Origin: Desulfotalea psychrophila LSv54
GTDB taxonomy: Bacteria; Desulfobacterota; Desulfobulbia; Desulfobulbales; Desulfocapsaceae
Direction: 5' to 3'
Length of the DNA: 32,000 nt
NCBI RefSeq assembly: GCF_000025945.1
Contig: NC_006138.1
Span: 2,670,001 to 2,702,000, forward strand
Position numbers and translations under genes: made by a program. Below the pieces are notes generated by a model. It made no database searches, had not been told where the DNA came from, and worked only from the letters and a program-made list of their open reading frames with translations. The stretch's first letter is position 1, and each line of letters opens with the position of its first letter. Positions 8,872 to 19,284 of the stretch are shown piece by piece.

Positions 8872-9405
8872 TTACTGGTGAGAAATGTGGGTCACATTTT
8901 TTTTCTTCGTTCGATTTTTCTTCCTCTGGAGATTGAGAGCAGTTACAAAGCGTTCTAAATCAACTACATACCAGGCAACCGCATTCAAGGCACCATCCTC
9001 ATCCTGAAATTCTATCTTAAGTAAGCGCTTGTTAATCGATTTGCCTAAAAAGCTCGAAGGCGTCACACACCTTTTTATTTTTTTAAGAGGAATACAGAGT
9101 TCCATCTTGGGCTGTAATCTCAAAAAATACAACTCTCTCTGAGCAAGAACAAGAACACCATTTCCTCTGGTTTGCTTCCCTTTGAACACTTCCATACCAA
9201 AATACTCGGCAAAATTATCATGGCAGAGGATGTCTCCGGAGCTGTATCTTTTAGCTAAAGTCTCACGAGATCCTTTACGAATCTTATCCATTTTTAAAAG
9301 AAGTACCACAAATCCGACCACAAGCAGCACGCCTATGGCGATCCATAGAATCGTTGCAGTGCTGTTCAACCAAGCCCCCCCTATACCAGTTGCTCCAGAA
9401 TCCAT
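8872..9405 (-). CDS. hypothetical membrane-anchored protein
   Basis: 177-aa ORF with one N-terminal TM helix and a soluble beta-rich region. Confidence 0.5.
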   Translation of the reverse strand: MDSGATGIGGAWLNSTATILWIAIGVLLVVGFVVLLLKMDKIRKGSRETLAKRYSSGDILCHDNFAEYFGMEVFKGKQTRGNGVLVLAQRELYFLRLQPKMELCIPLKKIKRCVTPSSFLGKSINKRLLKIEFQDEDGALNAVAWYVVDLERFVTALNLQRKKNRTKKKNVTHISHQ

Positions 9406-9758
9406 TTTTCCTCACCTTATTTATAAATGTATGAACCTATCATTACTGTACACATATGCCTAGCGGGAACTCACCGTAGTCTCAACATAAACAGGCCTAA
9501 CCGAGTTACCTCCCGACAATGCAGGATGACGCAAAAAAAAGCGAAGGATCACCCTAGCTCCTTACAAAAAGTTGTATCTGCACCTGTACTACACAATCAT
9601 ATTATAGGCAATAATTAAGGGTGATTAGATGTGCACAGCAGGGAAGACAGCTCAGCTTTCTGGGCAGAGGATGTGGAGGTCTCTGTCACTAGCGAATTGG
9701 CGAGGCAGGAGAGGATGGAATCTAATGCTAAGGAAAAACTTCCGTAAGCTACTCTTAT

Positions 9759-9968
9759 TCAGGCCCTATTTTTTAATAAAAAAGGGCAGGCAACAAGGAC
9801 AATGCCCGTGGGGACAAGAATAAATATATTCGAAATAAAATATGGCATTAGCATCAGCCCTATACCGCTAAGAAACGGAATAATAGCTGTTTGCCTTTTG
9901 CCATAAAGCAAAAGGGCAAGCCCCATTGAGCCAAAAATCACGCCCCACATTAATGTTGATGTATTCAT
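9759..9968 (-). CDS. small hydrophobic protein
   Basis: 69-aa ORF with about two TM segments. Confidence 0.35.
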   Translation of the reverse strand: MNTSTLMWGVIFGSMGLALLLYGKRQTAIIPFLSGIGLMLMPYFISNIFILVPTGIVLVACPFLLKNRA

Positions 9969-10070
9969 GGCAATGCTCTCATCATATATATTTTTTTACC
10001 CCATAAATCGGCACCTAGCGAAACCTGCTCAGCCCCAACCTCTTCCTAACACCTATACAAGCCCATCATA

Positions 10071-11702
10071 TTATGGGGCAGAAGGAGTATGAGCTGACAA
10101 GATCCGCAACACCTCTTCACATTTTCTGGCTGCCCGGGCAGCTATTTCCTGCGCCACAGAAAGAACCTCCTCTCTATAGAGAGGGTCCTCGATATCCCTC
10201 ATATTAATCAGAACATTCTGATAGGCCCCCCAGATCCCGGTTTCCAGGGCCCTGGCCCCGACCAAGGTATCTGAAGCGGAGGCCGGATTGCCATGACGAG
10301 CGACCTGACAAAAACTGTCCCAGGCCCCATCGGCCAGGCGCATGGTCCCAAGCGGCACATTGATGGCTGTCTTCAGCCCGGCCTCCATCCTGCCATCACG
10401 TCTCTCTCTCTCCTCCTCTGTGGACTGTGGTAGCCGCATCCCTGCCATATAATCGTTAAAGGCCGAGCTATCCCTATCAATCACAGAGATCAGCTGTTGG
10501 GTAAGCTGGTGCAGAACGGGAATTGCCTCCTGCATCTGGGGCTGAACCTCCTCGAATTTTCGCACCCCATGGGTAAGTTTGGCTACCATTGAGCCAAGGG
10601 CGGTGCCGATGGCCGCAATAGCCGCCGAAGCCGAACCGCCACCCGGGGCAGAGCTACGGGCCGCGATCTCTTCAATAAATTCCCGTACAGTGGCCCCGGC
10701 CAGAGGTTCGAGCAGTTTTTCTGCCAGCCGATATTCAATGATTTTTTCCTCTGGCTTAAATTGCGCCACCGAATTGAGACCCAGCCGTTCAATAGCCAGC
10801 CGGATTTTCTGCTCCTCTTCATAGATAAAGAGGTCTTCCTTTTCGATATAGTAATCAGCTGCCATAAGAAGAGTTTCAAGAGGCAACAGACCAACAATCT
10901 CTGAACCGGCCACCGCCAGGTTTAGGGCCCCTGCCTCCTCTTTCACCTCCTCAAAGAGGAGATGAATGGGTGTTACCCGATAGTCGAGAATATTTGCCGT
11001 CACCTGAGCCATATTATACTCCTGCACAAACCAACCCATTGCCCTAACCTCTCGCAGACGACCGGGCGCACCTTCTCCCCTGCCCGCCTCCCGCAGGTTA
11101 AGGGCTATGCGGTGAGCCTGATTAGGCGTTGCCAATATATTAACATTATAGGCGATAAGAAAATTACGGGCCCCCGTGGCCGTAATCCCCCAGCTCGGAA
11201 CAAACTCCGAGGGGCCATAGTCGGGTTGCCATTTTGCCTCTGTCAGGCGGAGAGCCAAGCCCTCATACTCTCCCTGCCGTAAGGCCGAGAGTTCCCGCCG
11301 ATAATCATGCTCTGCGGCAGCCCCATAGAGATAAAGGGGAATCCCGAGTTCCTCCGCCGCCCTCTTGGCAAATCTCCGGGCCAACTGAACACACTCCTCC
11401 ATGCTCACCCCGGTAATAGGGATAAAGGGACAGACATCCATGGCCCCAAAGCGAGGATGCTCTCCACTGTGGTTGCGCATATCTATCAGGGTAGCTGCCA
11501 CCCGGGCCGCGGTCAATGCACCTTCAAGCACAGTCTCCGGGTCACCCACGAAGGTAAAGACGCTTCGATTGGTCGAGCTCCCGGCATCAAGGTCGAGTAA
11601 GGTACATCCGTCGGTCTCTTTAATGGCCCTGGCTATTGCCCCTATAATTTTCTGATCTCTTCCCTCGGAAAAATTGGGAACACACTCCACTATCTTCTTC
11701 AT
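10071..11702 (-). CDS. ftcD: bifunctional glutamate formimidoyltransferase / formimidoyl-THF cyclodeaminase
   Basis: N-part: MKKIVECVPNFSEGRDQKIIGAIARAI. C-part FTCD_C: TVREFIEEIAARSSAPGGGSASAAIAAIGTALGSMVAKLT. Start set at the internal Met; the track extends to 11726. Confidence 0.92.
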   Translation of the reverse strand: MKKIVECVPNFSEGRDQKIIGAIARAIKETDGCTLLDLDAGSSTNRSVFTFVGDPETVLEGALTAARVAATLIDMRNHSGEHPRFGAMDVCPFIPITGVSMEECVQLARRFAKRAAEELGIPLYLYGAAAEHDYRRELSALRQGEYEGLALRLTEAKWQPDYGPSEFVPSWGITATGARNFLIAYNVNILATPNQAHRIALNLREAGRGEGAPGRLREVRAMGWFVQEYNMAQVTANILDYRVTPIHLLFEEVKEEAGALNLAVAGSEIVGLLPLETLLMAADYYIEKEDLFIYEEEQKIRLAIERLGLNSVAQFKPEEKIIEYRLAEKLLEPLAGATVREFIEEIAARSSAPGGGSASAAIAAIGTALGSMVAKLTHGVRKFEEVQPQMQEAIPVLHQLTQQLISVIDRDSSAFNDYMAGMRLPQSTEEERERRDGRMEAGLKTAINVPLGTMRLADGAWDSFCQVARHGNPASASDTLVGARALETGIWGAYQNVLINMRDIEDPLYREEVLSVAQEIAARAARKCEEVLRILSAHTPSAP

Positions 11703-11942
11703 TGCCCTCTCCTTGGGGAACCTCAAAAAATAGTCTTTTCTTCAAATCTCTACCTTGTATGAAAAAATTTTATCCTCGGAGGTAAACATAGACTCCGATA
11801 TGACGATGCCTATGGTAAATTTTTTAATTCGCCTCGCAGTCGGGGCTGCTCATTATTGAAAATTCTTAATTTCTCTGCCATCACCAACAAAAACTTAAGA
11901 AATGAAATGACTGAGTAAAAAACTCCCCTGCGAAGCGTAAGA

Positions 11943-11990
11943 TTATTTTATTCTTTCGGCGTACTAAAGTACGTCGTAATGATAAAATAA
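11943..11990. other. long stem-loop in the hutI-ftcD intergenic region
   Basis: TTATTTTAT/ATAAAATAA outer stem. CGGCGTACT-AA-AGTACGTCG inner stem with one G-U pair. Confidence 0.55.
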
Positions 11991-12031
11991 CTGCAACAGA
12001 CAAGCAGATGATGATTTTTTACAAGGTCATC

Positions 12032-13276
12032 TCAGTGTACTTTCTCTCCTCGTTTATAGACACTGGCAACAGAAGAGACCCCGGCATGATAGGCAAGAAC
12101 GGCTGGCGTCTCACCTTCCAGCAGAAGAAAATCCGCCTGTTTCCCTCTATCCAAACTACCGACCCTGTCTGCCATATTAAGGGCATAGGCCGAGTTTAAA
12201 CTTGCCCCCGTCAGAGCCTCGGCCGGAGTCATCTCCATATTGAGGACGGCCAGGCCAATAACAAACTGCATTGACTCAGTAAAACTTGAGCCCGGATTAC
12301 AGTCGGTGGCCAGAGCCACGGCCACCCTGTTTTCAATCATCACCCTGGCCCGAGCATAGTCCTTTCTGAGACTATAGGCCGTAGCGGGTAGGAGGGTGGC
12401 AATCACCCCGGCCTGAGACATGGCCCTTATATTGGTGTCACTTGCCGCCAGCAGATGATCCGCCGAACAGGCGCCCAGTTCAGCGGCCAGGCCCGCCCCG
12501 CCAAGATCAGTCACCTCATCGGCGTGGATCTTAAGCCCCAGTCCCATTGCCCGAGCAGCCTTTAATAAAATACGGCTCTGCTCTATGCTAAAAACCCCTC
12601 TCTCACAGAAGACATCACAAAACCGGGCAATCCCCTGTTCCCGGACTCGGGGAAGCATCTCCTCCACGATCATTGTAATAAAGGCATCGGCATCTGTTTT
12701 ATACTGCCCGGGAATGGCATGGGCACCAAGGAAGGTGGCCACTATATCAAGACAGCTGTCTACTGCCACCCGACCAATCACCCTCAGCATCTTCAGCTCA
12801 TTGTCCGTATCCAGCCCATAACCGCTTTTTATCTCCAGACTGGTGGTGCCAAAGCTCAACGCAGTTTGCACCCGATGGAGAGTACTCTTATAGAGCTCAT
12901 CCTCACCTGCCAGAGCGACCGCTCGCACCGAGGAGAGAATTCCACCGCCCTCACTCAGTATTTGCAGATAGGAGGTCCCTGCTATGCGCTGGGCAAATTC
13001 TGCCTCTCTGGGAGCGGCAAAACACATATGGGTATGGGGATCAACGAAGCCGGGAATCATACATCTGCCCCCACAGTCCACCTCCTCCACCTCTGCTCCC
13101 CCCTTGGCCACTGCCAGCACAGCCTCCTCATCGCCCATGGCCACAATCAAACCATCTGCCACCAGCAGGGCCCCATTGGGGAAATGGGCCAGTTTTCCCT
13201 GAGCCTTGCCAGCCGACGGCTGACCGCTGTCCATGGGGCTGTATATCCTTGTATTGCGAAAGAGCTGATGTGACAT
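12032..13276 (-). CDS. hutI: imidazolonepropionase
   Basis: CMIPGFVDPHTHMCFAAPREAEFAQRIAGTSY, EIKSGYGLD and LATDCNPGSS motifs. Located within a hut cluster. Confidence 0.95.
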   Translation of the reverse strand: MSHQLFRNTRIYSPMDSGQPSAGKAQGKLAHFPNGALLVADGLIVAMGDEEAVLAVAKGGAEVEEVDCGGRCMIPGFVDPHTHMCFAAPREAEFAQRIAGTSYLQILSEGGGILSSVRAVALAGEDELYKSTLHRVQTALSFGTTSLEIKSGYGLDTDNELKMLRVIGRVAVDSCLDIVATFLGAHAIPGQYKTDADAFITMIVEEMLPRVREQGIARFCDVFCERGVFSIEQSRILLKAARAMGLGLKIHADEVTDLGGAGLAAELGACSADHLLAASDTNIRAMSQAGVIATLLPATAYSLRKDYARARVMIENRVAVALATDCNPGSSFTESMQFVIGLAVLNMEMTPAEALTGASLNSAYALNMADRVGSLDRGKQADFLLLEGETPAVLAYHAGVSSVASVYKRGEKVH

Positions 13277-13544
13277 TTCCTGCCTCCTTATTTTCCATCC
13301 TGAAACGTCCCTCTCGTCCTGGGGCTCTGTAAAACTTTATCCACCGTATATTGTTTGCCCTTTTCTCGCGCTGACTTCGTTTCTCATTCGGTCACATAGC
13401 GCTGCTATGTTTCTTCATTCGTGCCTTGCAGCACACCAAAATGGCTCAACAATATTTACGATATCTAAAGCTCTACAAAGCACTTGCTTATCGTCGTCCG
13501 CAAAATTTAATCCTCGGAGATAAGCGTGGTTCGAGCTCTGCCTG

Positions 13545-15572
13545 CTAGTCTGATTCCGAAAAAAGGAGGGCCACAGCCTCGGCTATCTGGCCTTCATCGG
13601 TCTGAAAGGGAATGGTTATCTGGTCATGGTTTTCATTTTCACCGTTATAGGCCATGGCCACCTGCATGGCATTGGGGTTGCGGGCCCAGTTGCGGCGGGC
13701 AACACCGCCCATCACATCCCAGGAGATGGCGCTGGCCAGTATCTCATCCACCCGAAGACTGCCATCGAGGACCATGGCGAAACCGCCGTTAATCGCCTTG
13801 CCAATTCCGGTTCCGCCACCATTATGCAGGGCCACCAATGACATACCCCGGGCGGCATTACCGGCAAAACAGTGGGTGGCCATATCGGCACAGACGTTAC
13901 TGCCATCGCAGATATTGGCTGTTTCCCGAAAAGGCGAGTCGGTACCACCCGGATCATGATGGTCACGACCGATAATGATCGGGCCCACCTCGCCCCTACG
14001 CACCATCTCGTTAAATTTTAGGGCAATGGCCGTGCGCCCTCCTGCATCGGAGTAGAGAATACGGGCCTGGCTACCGACCACCAGATTATTGGCCCTTGCC
14101 TCCTTAATCCACATATAATTATCGCGATCCTCTAACCTGCGATTAGGATCAATACAGGACATTGCCGCCCTATCTGTCTTAGCAAGATCTTCCGGCCTGC
14201 CACTTAAACAGACCCAGCGAAAGGGGCCATAACCGTAGTCAAAGATCGGCCCCATAATATCTTCAAAGTAAGAGGGAAAGACAAAACCGTCTTTGCCATC
14301 GACACCATTTTTAACAACCTCCGTTACCCCCGCATCAAAGACAGCCTTAAGAAAGGCATTGCCGTAATCAAAAAAATAGGCCCCCTGCTCTGAGAGTTTT
14401 TGAATGGCCGCATAATGACGATGCAGGCTCTTATCGACCAGTGATTTAAAGAGGGGGCGGTCGGTGCCAAGCAGACGGGTTCGCTCGGCAAAATCGATTC
14501 CCTGCGGACAGTAACCACCATCGTAGACAACATGGCAGGAGGTCTGGTCTGAGAGAAGATCGACCGGGAACTTTTTTTCCGCTAAATACTCAAGGAGATC
14601 AACGACATTACCATGGTAGGCAATTGAACTATTATCCCTTGCCGCACGACTCTTATCGGCAATGTTCAAGATCTCGTCTAAATTATCCGAAACCACATCC
14701 ACCCAGCCCTGTTCTTTACGGGTATTGATCCTGGAAAGATCAACCTCGGCGGTGATAGAGACGGCACCTGCAATCTTTGCCGCCTTAGGCTGGGCCCCGC
14801 TCATTCCGCCAAGACCGGAGGTAACAAAGAGCAGACCGGCAAGATTACCCGTCCCCACCCCGCACATCTTTCGCCCACCGTTGAGCAGGGTATTATAGGT
14901 GCCGTGGACAATACCCTGAGGTCCGATATACATCCAGCCTCCGGCCGTCATCTGCCCATATGAGGAGACGCCCATCTGGGCTGCAATCTCCCAATCATCA
15001 GGATTATCGTAGAGACCGACCATCAGGCCATTACTGATAATGACCCTCGGCTGGTCAGGATCTGATTTAAAAAGCCCCAAGGGGTGACCTGACTGCATCA
15101 CCAAGGTTTGCTCTTCGCTCATGGCCTGCAGATATTTTTTTATGAGCCGCAGTTGCATCCAGTTCTGACAAACACTGCCAGTCTCGCCGTAGGTCACCAA
15201 CTCATAGGGATAGAGAGCAATATCAAAATCAAGATTATTGTCAATCATCAGCTGAAAGGCCTTCCCAGCCAAACAGTTCCCCTGATACTGATCGATTGCC
15301 TTGGCCTTTATCAACCCATGAGGACGATAGCGATACCCGTAGATACGGCCCCTGCTCTTCAGTTCTTGTAAAAACTCCGGGATGAGGAGTTGATGGTGCT
15401 GCTCCGGAATATAACGCAGGGCATTTTTCAGGGCGGTCTCGGTCTGACTCCTGCTCAAGCGAAAGCCACGATCCGGAGCACGGCGGATTCCTGGCAAAAA
15501 CTCCTCTTGGACCGGCAGCTCATCGGCCAAGCGAATCTTCATCACCCCGGCAATTTCCGCATTATCAATCAT
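13545..15572 (-). CDS. hutU: urocanate hydratase (long form, about 675 aa)
   Basis: QTSCHVVYDGGYCPQG, GPIIIGRDHHDPGGTDSPFRET and NGGGTGIGKAINGGFAMVLDG motifs. Start set at MIDNAEI; the track extends to 15638. Confidence 0.93.
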   Translation of the reverse strand: MIDNAEIAGVMKIRLADELPVQEEFLPGIRRAPDRGFRLSRSQTETALKNALRYIPEQHHQLLIPEFLQELKSRGRIYGYRYRPHGLIKAKAIDQYQGNCLAGKAFQLMIDNNLDFDIALYPYELVTYGETGSVCQNWMQLRLIKKYLQAMSEEQTLVMQSGHPLGLFKSDPDQPRVIISNGLMVGLYDNPDDWEIAAQMGVSSYGQMTAGGWMYIGPQGIVHGTYNTLLNGGRKMCGVGTGNLAGLLFVTSGLGGMSGAQPKAAKIAGAVSITAEVDLSRINTRKEQGWVDVVSDNLDEILNIADKSRAARDNSSIAYHGNVVDLLEYLAEKKFPVDLLSDQTSCHVVYDGGYCPQGIDFAERTRLLGTDRPLFKSLVDKSLHRHYAAIQKLSEQGAYFFDYGNAFLKAVFDAGVTEVVKNGVDGKDGFVFPSYFEDIMGPIFDYGYGPFRWVCLSGRPEDLAKTDRAAMSCIDPNRRLEDRDNYMWIKEARANNLVVGSQARILYSDAGGRTAIALKFNEMVRRGEVGPIIIGRDHHDPGGTDSPFRETANICDGSNVCADMATHCFAGNAARGMSLVALHNGGGTGIGKAINGGFAMVLDGSLRVDEILASAISWDVMGGVARRNWARNPNAMQVAMAYNGENENHDQITIPFQTDEGQIAEAVALLFSESD

Positions 15573-15706
15573 TTCACCCTCCCCTGTTTTCAGATTACCC
15601 AGCAAACAACAGTAAGCATTTTGAAATAATTGTATCATCCCCTCGCCGCGTATACAAGTTGCTGTAAACTGGCAGTTTCCACTTGATTCAAGCCTGCTTT
15701 ATCTAT

Positions 15707-15719
15707 ACGCTTTAAGCGT
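15707..15719. promoter_or_regulatory. inverted repeat in the hutU/hutH divergent promoter region
   Basis: ACGCTT-T-AAGCGT inside the 210-bp divergent intergenic region. Confidence 0.3.
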
Positions 15720-15782
15720 GGTTATGAATAAGGTATCCCCCACAGCACAGAGCATCTAACCGCCTTAGCAGGAGACACAGCT

Positions 15783-17321
15783 ATGAACAGCAAAATAGAG
15801 ATCAAGCCTGGCAGGCTCACTCTGGCAGAACTTCGCAGGATGGCAAAGGCACCGGTCGGGGTCAGATTAGAAGAGAAGTGTAAAGGAAAAATTAATGCCT
15901 CGGTCCAAACAGTAGGCGAGGTGATCAGACAGGGGCGGGTAATCTACGGCATCAATACCGGCTTCGGCCTGTTGGCAAACACCATTATCCCAAACGAAGA
16001 GCTTGAGCATCTGCAACGATCGCTTATCCTCTCCCATGCGGCAGGTGTAGGTGCTTTCATGGCAGACTCTACGGTGCGGCTGATGATGGTACTCAAGATC
16101 AACAGCCTGGCCCGGGGCTATTCCGGAATACGGCTTGAGGTAATCGAGGCCTTAGTACAGCTGCTCAACGCTGAGGTCTATCCATCTGTCCCCCAAAAAG
16201 GCTCGGTGGGGGCATCGGGAGACCTCGCTCCTCTGGCCCACATGAGCATCGTCCTCCTCGGTGAAGGTGAGGCCTCTTACCGGGGGCAAAGACTATCCGG
16301 GCGGGAAGGTTTAGAGCTAGCCGGTTTATCCCCCATCACCCTCGGCCCCAAGGAGGGACTGGCCCTGTTAAATGGCACCCAGGCATCCACCGCCTTTGCC
16401 CTGCAAGGGCTCTTTGCCGCCGAAGAGCTATTTGCCACAGCCATGGTTTCCGGAAGCTTAAGCCTTGATGCAGCCCTCGGAAGTCGCCGCCCCTTTAATC
16501 CACTTATTCATGCTGTACGCGGACATAAGAGCCAAATAGATGTCGCCGCCTCCTATAGACAACTCCTTGAACATAGTGAGATCGAACGTTCCCATAAATT
16601 CTGTGAGGCCGTTCAGGACCCATACTCCCTGCGCTGCCAACCTCAAGTTATGGGTGCCTGTCTCAACCAGATCCGCAACGCGGCAGAGGTGATCGGCACC
16701 GAGGCAAACGCTGTCTCCGACAATCCCCTGGTTTTCTGTAAAGAAAATGACATCATCTCCGGCGGTAACTTCCACGCTGAACCCATTGCCATGGTGGCCG
16801 ACAACCTGGCCCTGGCCATTGCCGAGATTGGTGCCCTGCCCGAGAGAAGAACGGCCCTGCTCATCGATTCTCATATGTCGGGCCTTCCCCCCTTTCTCGT
16901 TGACAAGGGCGGGCTCAACTCCGGTTTTATGATAGCGCAGGTAACCGCGGCGGCTCTGGCCAGTGAAAATAAGTCCCTTGCCCATCCGGCATCGGTTGAC
17001 AGCCTGCCAACCTCGGCTAATCAGGAGGACCATGTCTCCATGGCAACCTTTGCCGCCAGACGACTCTTGGAAATGGCCGACAATACAGCAGGAATTCTAG
17101 CCATTGAGCTGCTTGCCGCCTGCCAGGGAATCGACTTTCGCGCCCCCCTTAAGACCTCACCCCTGCTGGAAGAGGCCAAGAGCATTGTCCGCCAGGTTGT
17201 GGCCTTTTACGATCAGGACCGCTACCTTGCCCCGGATATCAAAAACGCCCAGGCGCTTGTTCAAGCCGGGGCCTTCAATCACCTGGTCAGCCGCGATCTC
17301 CTGCCAAGTTTTAACAGATAG
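15783..17321 (+). CDS. hutH: histidine ammonia-lyase
   Basis: [13 protein letters not shown] and the MIO motif [15 protein letters not shown], plus [14 protein letters not shown]. Confidence 0.97.
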   Translation: MNSKIEIKPGRLTLAELRRMAKAPVGVRLEEKCKGKINASVQTVGEVIRQGRVIYGINTGFGLLANTIIPNEELEHLQRSLILSHAAGVGAFMADSTVRLMMVLKINSLARGYSGIRLEVIEALVQLLNAEVYPSVPQKGSVGASGDLAPLAHMSIVLLGEGEASYRGQRLSGREGLELAGLSPITLGPKEGLALLNGTQASTAFALQGLFAAEELFATAMVSGSLSLDAALGSRRPFNPLIHAVRGHKSQIDVAASYRQLLEHSEIERSHKFCEAVQDPYSLRCQPQVMGACLNQIRNAAEVIGTEANAVSDNPLVFCKENDIISGGNFHAEPIAMVADNLALAIAEIGALPERRTALLIDSHMSGLPPFLVDKGGLNSGFMIAQVTAAALASENKSLAHPASVDSLPTSANQEDHVSMATFAARRLLEMADNTAGILAIELLAACQGIDFRAPLKTSPLLEEAKSIVRQVVAFYDQDRYLAPDIKNAQALVQAGAFNHLVSRDLLPSFNR

Positions 17322-17370
17322 GATCACCTGGATGTAGGCCAGGGTAATGCCAGGGTCGAGGCAAAACAGA

Positions 17371-17408
17371 AAAAGCCTCTTGGATATTTTTCCAAGAGGC
17401 TTTTTTTT
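17371..17408 (+). terminator. rho-independent terminator of hutH
   Basis: GCCTCTTGG-atattttt-CCAAGAGGC followed by T8. Confidence 0.9.
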
Positions 17409-17502
17409 CATTCAGATGAGACTCAAAGCCTACCCTTGCTGACAAATGGGCAGGTTGAAGAGCAGACAATTGGTCCCTCGAAGGTGTGGCAAGGGTGGAG
17501 TT

Positions 17503-17940
17503 CTACTCACCTATATCTTCATTCCACAGCTCAGGATTCTCTTCAATAAACCTTTCCATAAGCTGTCGACACTCCTCACTATCAACCACCACCACCTCTA
17601 CCCCCTGTGACCTCATATAATCTTCCGGGCCGCAGAAAGTACGGTTCTCACCAATGACTACCCTGGGAATTCCATAGAGTAGTACCGCCCCACTGCACAT
17701 ATCACAGGGAGACAGAGTCGAGTAGAGTGTTGCCCGGCGATAATCGGCTGCTTTAATTCGGCCCGCATTTTCCAGGCAATCCATCTCTGCATGCAGTACC
17801 ACACTGCCCCTCTGCACTCGCTGGTTGTGACCGCGCCCAACTATCTGACCATCAATGACCAGTACCGAGCCAATGGGTATACCACCGGTGGCCATCCCCT
17901 TCCTGGCCTCTGCAACTGCTACCGCAAAAAACTTATCCAT
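17503..17940 (-). CDS. cytosine/nucleoside deaminase of the CDA fold, yeast FCY1-like
   Basis: HAEMDCLENAG (HxE) and TLSPCDMCSGAVLLYGIPRVVIGEN (PCxxC). The C-terminus VVVVDSEECRQLMERFIEENPELWNEDIGE resembles yeast FCY1 as recalled. Confidence 0.88.
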   Translation of the reverse strand: MDKFFAVAVAEARKGMATGGIPIGSVLVIDGQIVGRGHNQRVQRGSVVLHAEMDCLENAGRIKAADYRRATLYSTLSPCDMCSGAVLLYGIPRVVIGENRTFCGPEDYMRSQGVEVVVVDSEECRQLMERFIEENPELWNEDIGE

Positions 17941-17956
17941 AAGTAATCCTCTGATG

Positions 17957-18042
17957 AGTTATTGATTGGAGCTAAGACAGATCATTTTGGTCCTTCAATC
18001 CTGACCAGTTCAAGCATGGCACCCATGATATAGCGAATCATG
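17957..18042 (-). pseudogene. duplicated fragment of the truA 3' end with an internal 99-bp deletion
   Basis: 17957-18009 matches 19259-19311 and 18001-18042 matches 19402-19443 with few mismatches. The junction falls on CCTGAYCAG. Confidence 0.8.
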
Positions 18043-18092
18043 CCGTTTAACAAATAGCTGGCAAGCAGATACAGCCATTACAAAGAGGAGTC

Positions 18093-18935
18093 CTATCTGT
18101 TCGCGGGCCAGGGGGCGAGCGGCGCATACTCGTTTAGGGCATCGGCTTCAGCCCTGCAGTCACCTGTGGGTGGAAGACCCTTGGTGCGAAAGGCCTTGAG
18201 TTCAGCCTTGGCAACCTCTATCTCGGCCAGAAAAGCTGGATCGGCGTGTAACCTGGCAACCACAGCGGCACCCATGATTCGGCCCATCATCACATCGCTC
18301 TGCCAATGAGCATTACAGACTATCCGGCTCTGACCAAAAGCCCAGCCACGGGCCAGGATCGCATCGGTCTGTTCGGGAGATACCTCAACCAGAATAAGGG
18401 TCCAGGCCCATCCTATGGACGTATGACCAGAGGGATAGGAGCCGGACTTTTTCAGCTGCTCCTCCTGCTGCGGAGTACAGACAGGCTCGCCATTGACCAC
18501 AAAGGGCCGGGTTCGCCTGTAGTTATCTTTGGCCTTATCGGTAGAGAGCGCCGCATCAGTAAGAGTATGGCGCAAAAGCATATAGAGATGGGGTGTCTCT
18601 TCCTCGCTGATGGGGACACCCAGAGCACAGGAAAAGGCCTCCGCTGCCTGAGGAAATGTTAACCTGGCGTCCCGTGCCGCCAAGGTCCAACGAGCTGTAT
18701 CCCGCAGGGTGAGGCTCTGCTTGCTCACCTCTCTATCAAGGGCAAAGGCCGTTGACTCTTTAGCGGGAGGTTGAGGAAGAAGAGCCAGGCTATCTGGTAG
18801 CGTGTCAGTTGCTAAATATCCATCTAAAAAAACCAGCTTCGGTATCGGTTGCAGATCGTTCTGCTTTTCCACCCCTGCACAGCCTGCCAGCAGGAACATG
18901 CACATTACAACGATACTGATTTTAATTCTCTTCAT
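18093..18935 (-). CDS. PAP2-family (class A acid phosphatase-like) lipoprotein
   Basis: Lipobox LLAGCAG. KDNYRRTRP, PSGHT and SRIVCNAHWQSD fit the KX6RP / PSGH / SRX5HX3D signature. Confidence 0.9.
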   Translation of the reverse strand: MKRIKISIVVMCMFLLAGCAGVEKQNDLQPIPKLVFLDGYLATDTLPDSLALLPQPPAKESTAFALDREVSKQSLTLRDTARWTLAARDARLTFPQAAEAFSCALGVPISEEETPHLYMLLRHTLTDAALSTDKAKDNYRRTRPFVVNGEPVCTPQQEEQLKKSGSYPSGHTSIGWAWTLILVEVSPEQTDAILARGWAFGQSRIVCNAHWQSDVMMGRIMGAAVVARLHADPAFLAEIEVAKAELKAFRTKGLPPTGDCRAEADALNEYAPLAPWPANR

Positions 18936-19284
18936 CCTTCCTCTCCCTTATTGCCTGTAGCTATATTACGTTCACCGACCAGTTTACGAGTCCATATTAA
19001 ATGCTTTGTTTGCACTTATTATGTTACTCCGCAGGGACATTCCCTCGCAAACTATTGTATCATGCTCTCTGGGATTTTCTCTAGACATAATTCATAGAGA
19101 CAATGATAAAGCAGCATTAGACGGGGGATCGGAGACACTGCGACCTTCCGGTCAGACGGTGGCATATCTGTGTCCCACAGCAGGCCAGGATTATCGATAG
19201 GCGTCAGAATCTGTGCATAGGAGAGTCTTTTTCCTGTTGCCGTGTAGTAATCCAGCGCGAGTTATTGATTAGAGCCAAGACAGA

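Noticed and set aside
8751-8936. 61-aa ORF after repeat copy D, and antisense ORF 9182..9463
   Set aside because: Low-complexity or antisense to 8872..9405, with no supporting motif.
10579-15629. Many short ORFs antisense to ftcD, hutI and hutU
   Set aside because: They overlap high-confidence conserved genes and have no recognisable domains.
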